64,000 nt of DNA from Verrucomicrobiota bacterium. Its GTDB lineage: Bacteria > Verrucomicrobiota > Verrucomicrobiia > Opitutales > Cerasicoccaceae. Under the pieces are notes generated by a model. It did no database searches, had not been told where the DNA came from, and saw nothing but the letters and a program-made list of their open reading frames with translations. Of the stretch, positions 63,859-64,000 are shown one piece after another. Position 1 is the stretch's first letter. Each line of letters starts with the position of its first letter. The stretch is taken from contig JBCBUK010000001.1 of NCBI GenBank assembly GCA_039818205.1, forward strand, positions 416,001-480,000, read 5' to 3'. The position numbers and the translations under genes are program-made.

Positions 63859-64000
63859 CCAAGCGGTGTTTAGAAATGCCAATGTGCGGGTTTCAAGCCC
63901 GTCGCTTGGCTTTGGATCTGATACACTTGGTTGTCGAGCAGGCAGCCGAGTGTGATCATACTCAGATCCGTTCCACTAAACGCCAGGGAAGAAATGTTCT

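Noticed and set aside
1..64000. tRNA, rRNA, transposase, integrase, prophage or known defence genes
   Set aside because: None recognised by eye or in the ORF track

Overview
A bacterial window that most resembles a marine Verrucomicrobiota/PVC genome, judged from its gene families. It has four blocks. (1) 1-20.5 kb: a giant minus-strand ORF (ATG at 10736, open to the left edge, at least 3578 codons) that the supplied ORF track omits. It has a basic N-terminal leader ending in LEPRILLSA, about 290-aa repeats, EF-hand-like loops and internal RTX repeats. Next to it is an apparent export module: FGE/SUMF1-fold protein, GAF-HlyD, PqqD/RRE-like-M50-HlyD fusion, short SecA paralog, TolC and a hypothetical protein. 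This module has no ABC ATPase. (2) 21-27 kb: fasciclin, TetR and an RND efflux pair. (3) 27-39 kb: PdeM, Lhr-like helicase and DUF2256 divergent from imuA-imuB-dnaE2, then a secreted repeat protein and a TIGR03643 protein. (4) 39-64 kb: secreted proteins and a mirror-image pair of ECF sigma/FecR-LamG modules. Each module is divergent from a DUF2231-like cytochrome c gene. The block also holds DUF1592/DUF1552, DUF1549-DUF1553/DUF1501, a sugar ABC transporter and a Tat beta-propeller. A motif TGTCY-N16-YGNTAT occurs upstream of all four divergent units and is a candidate promoter for these sigma factors. All family assignments come from motif recognition by eye; no searches were run.
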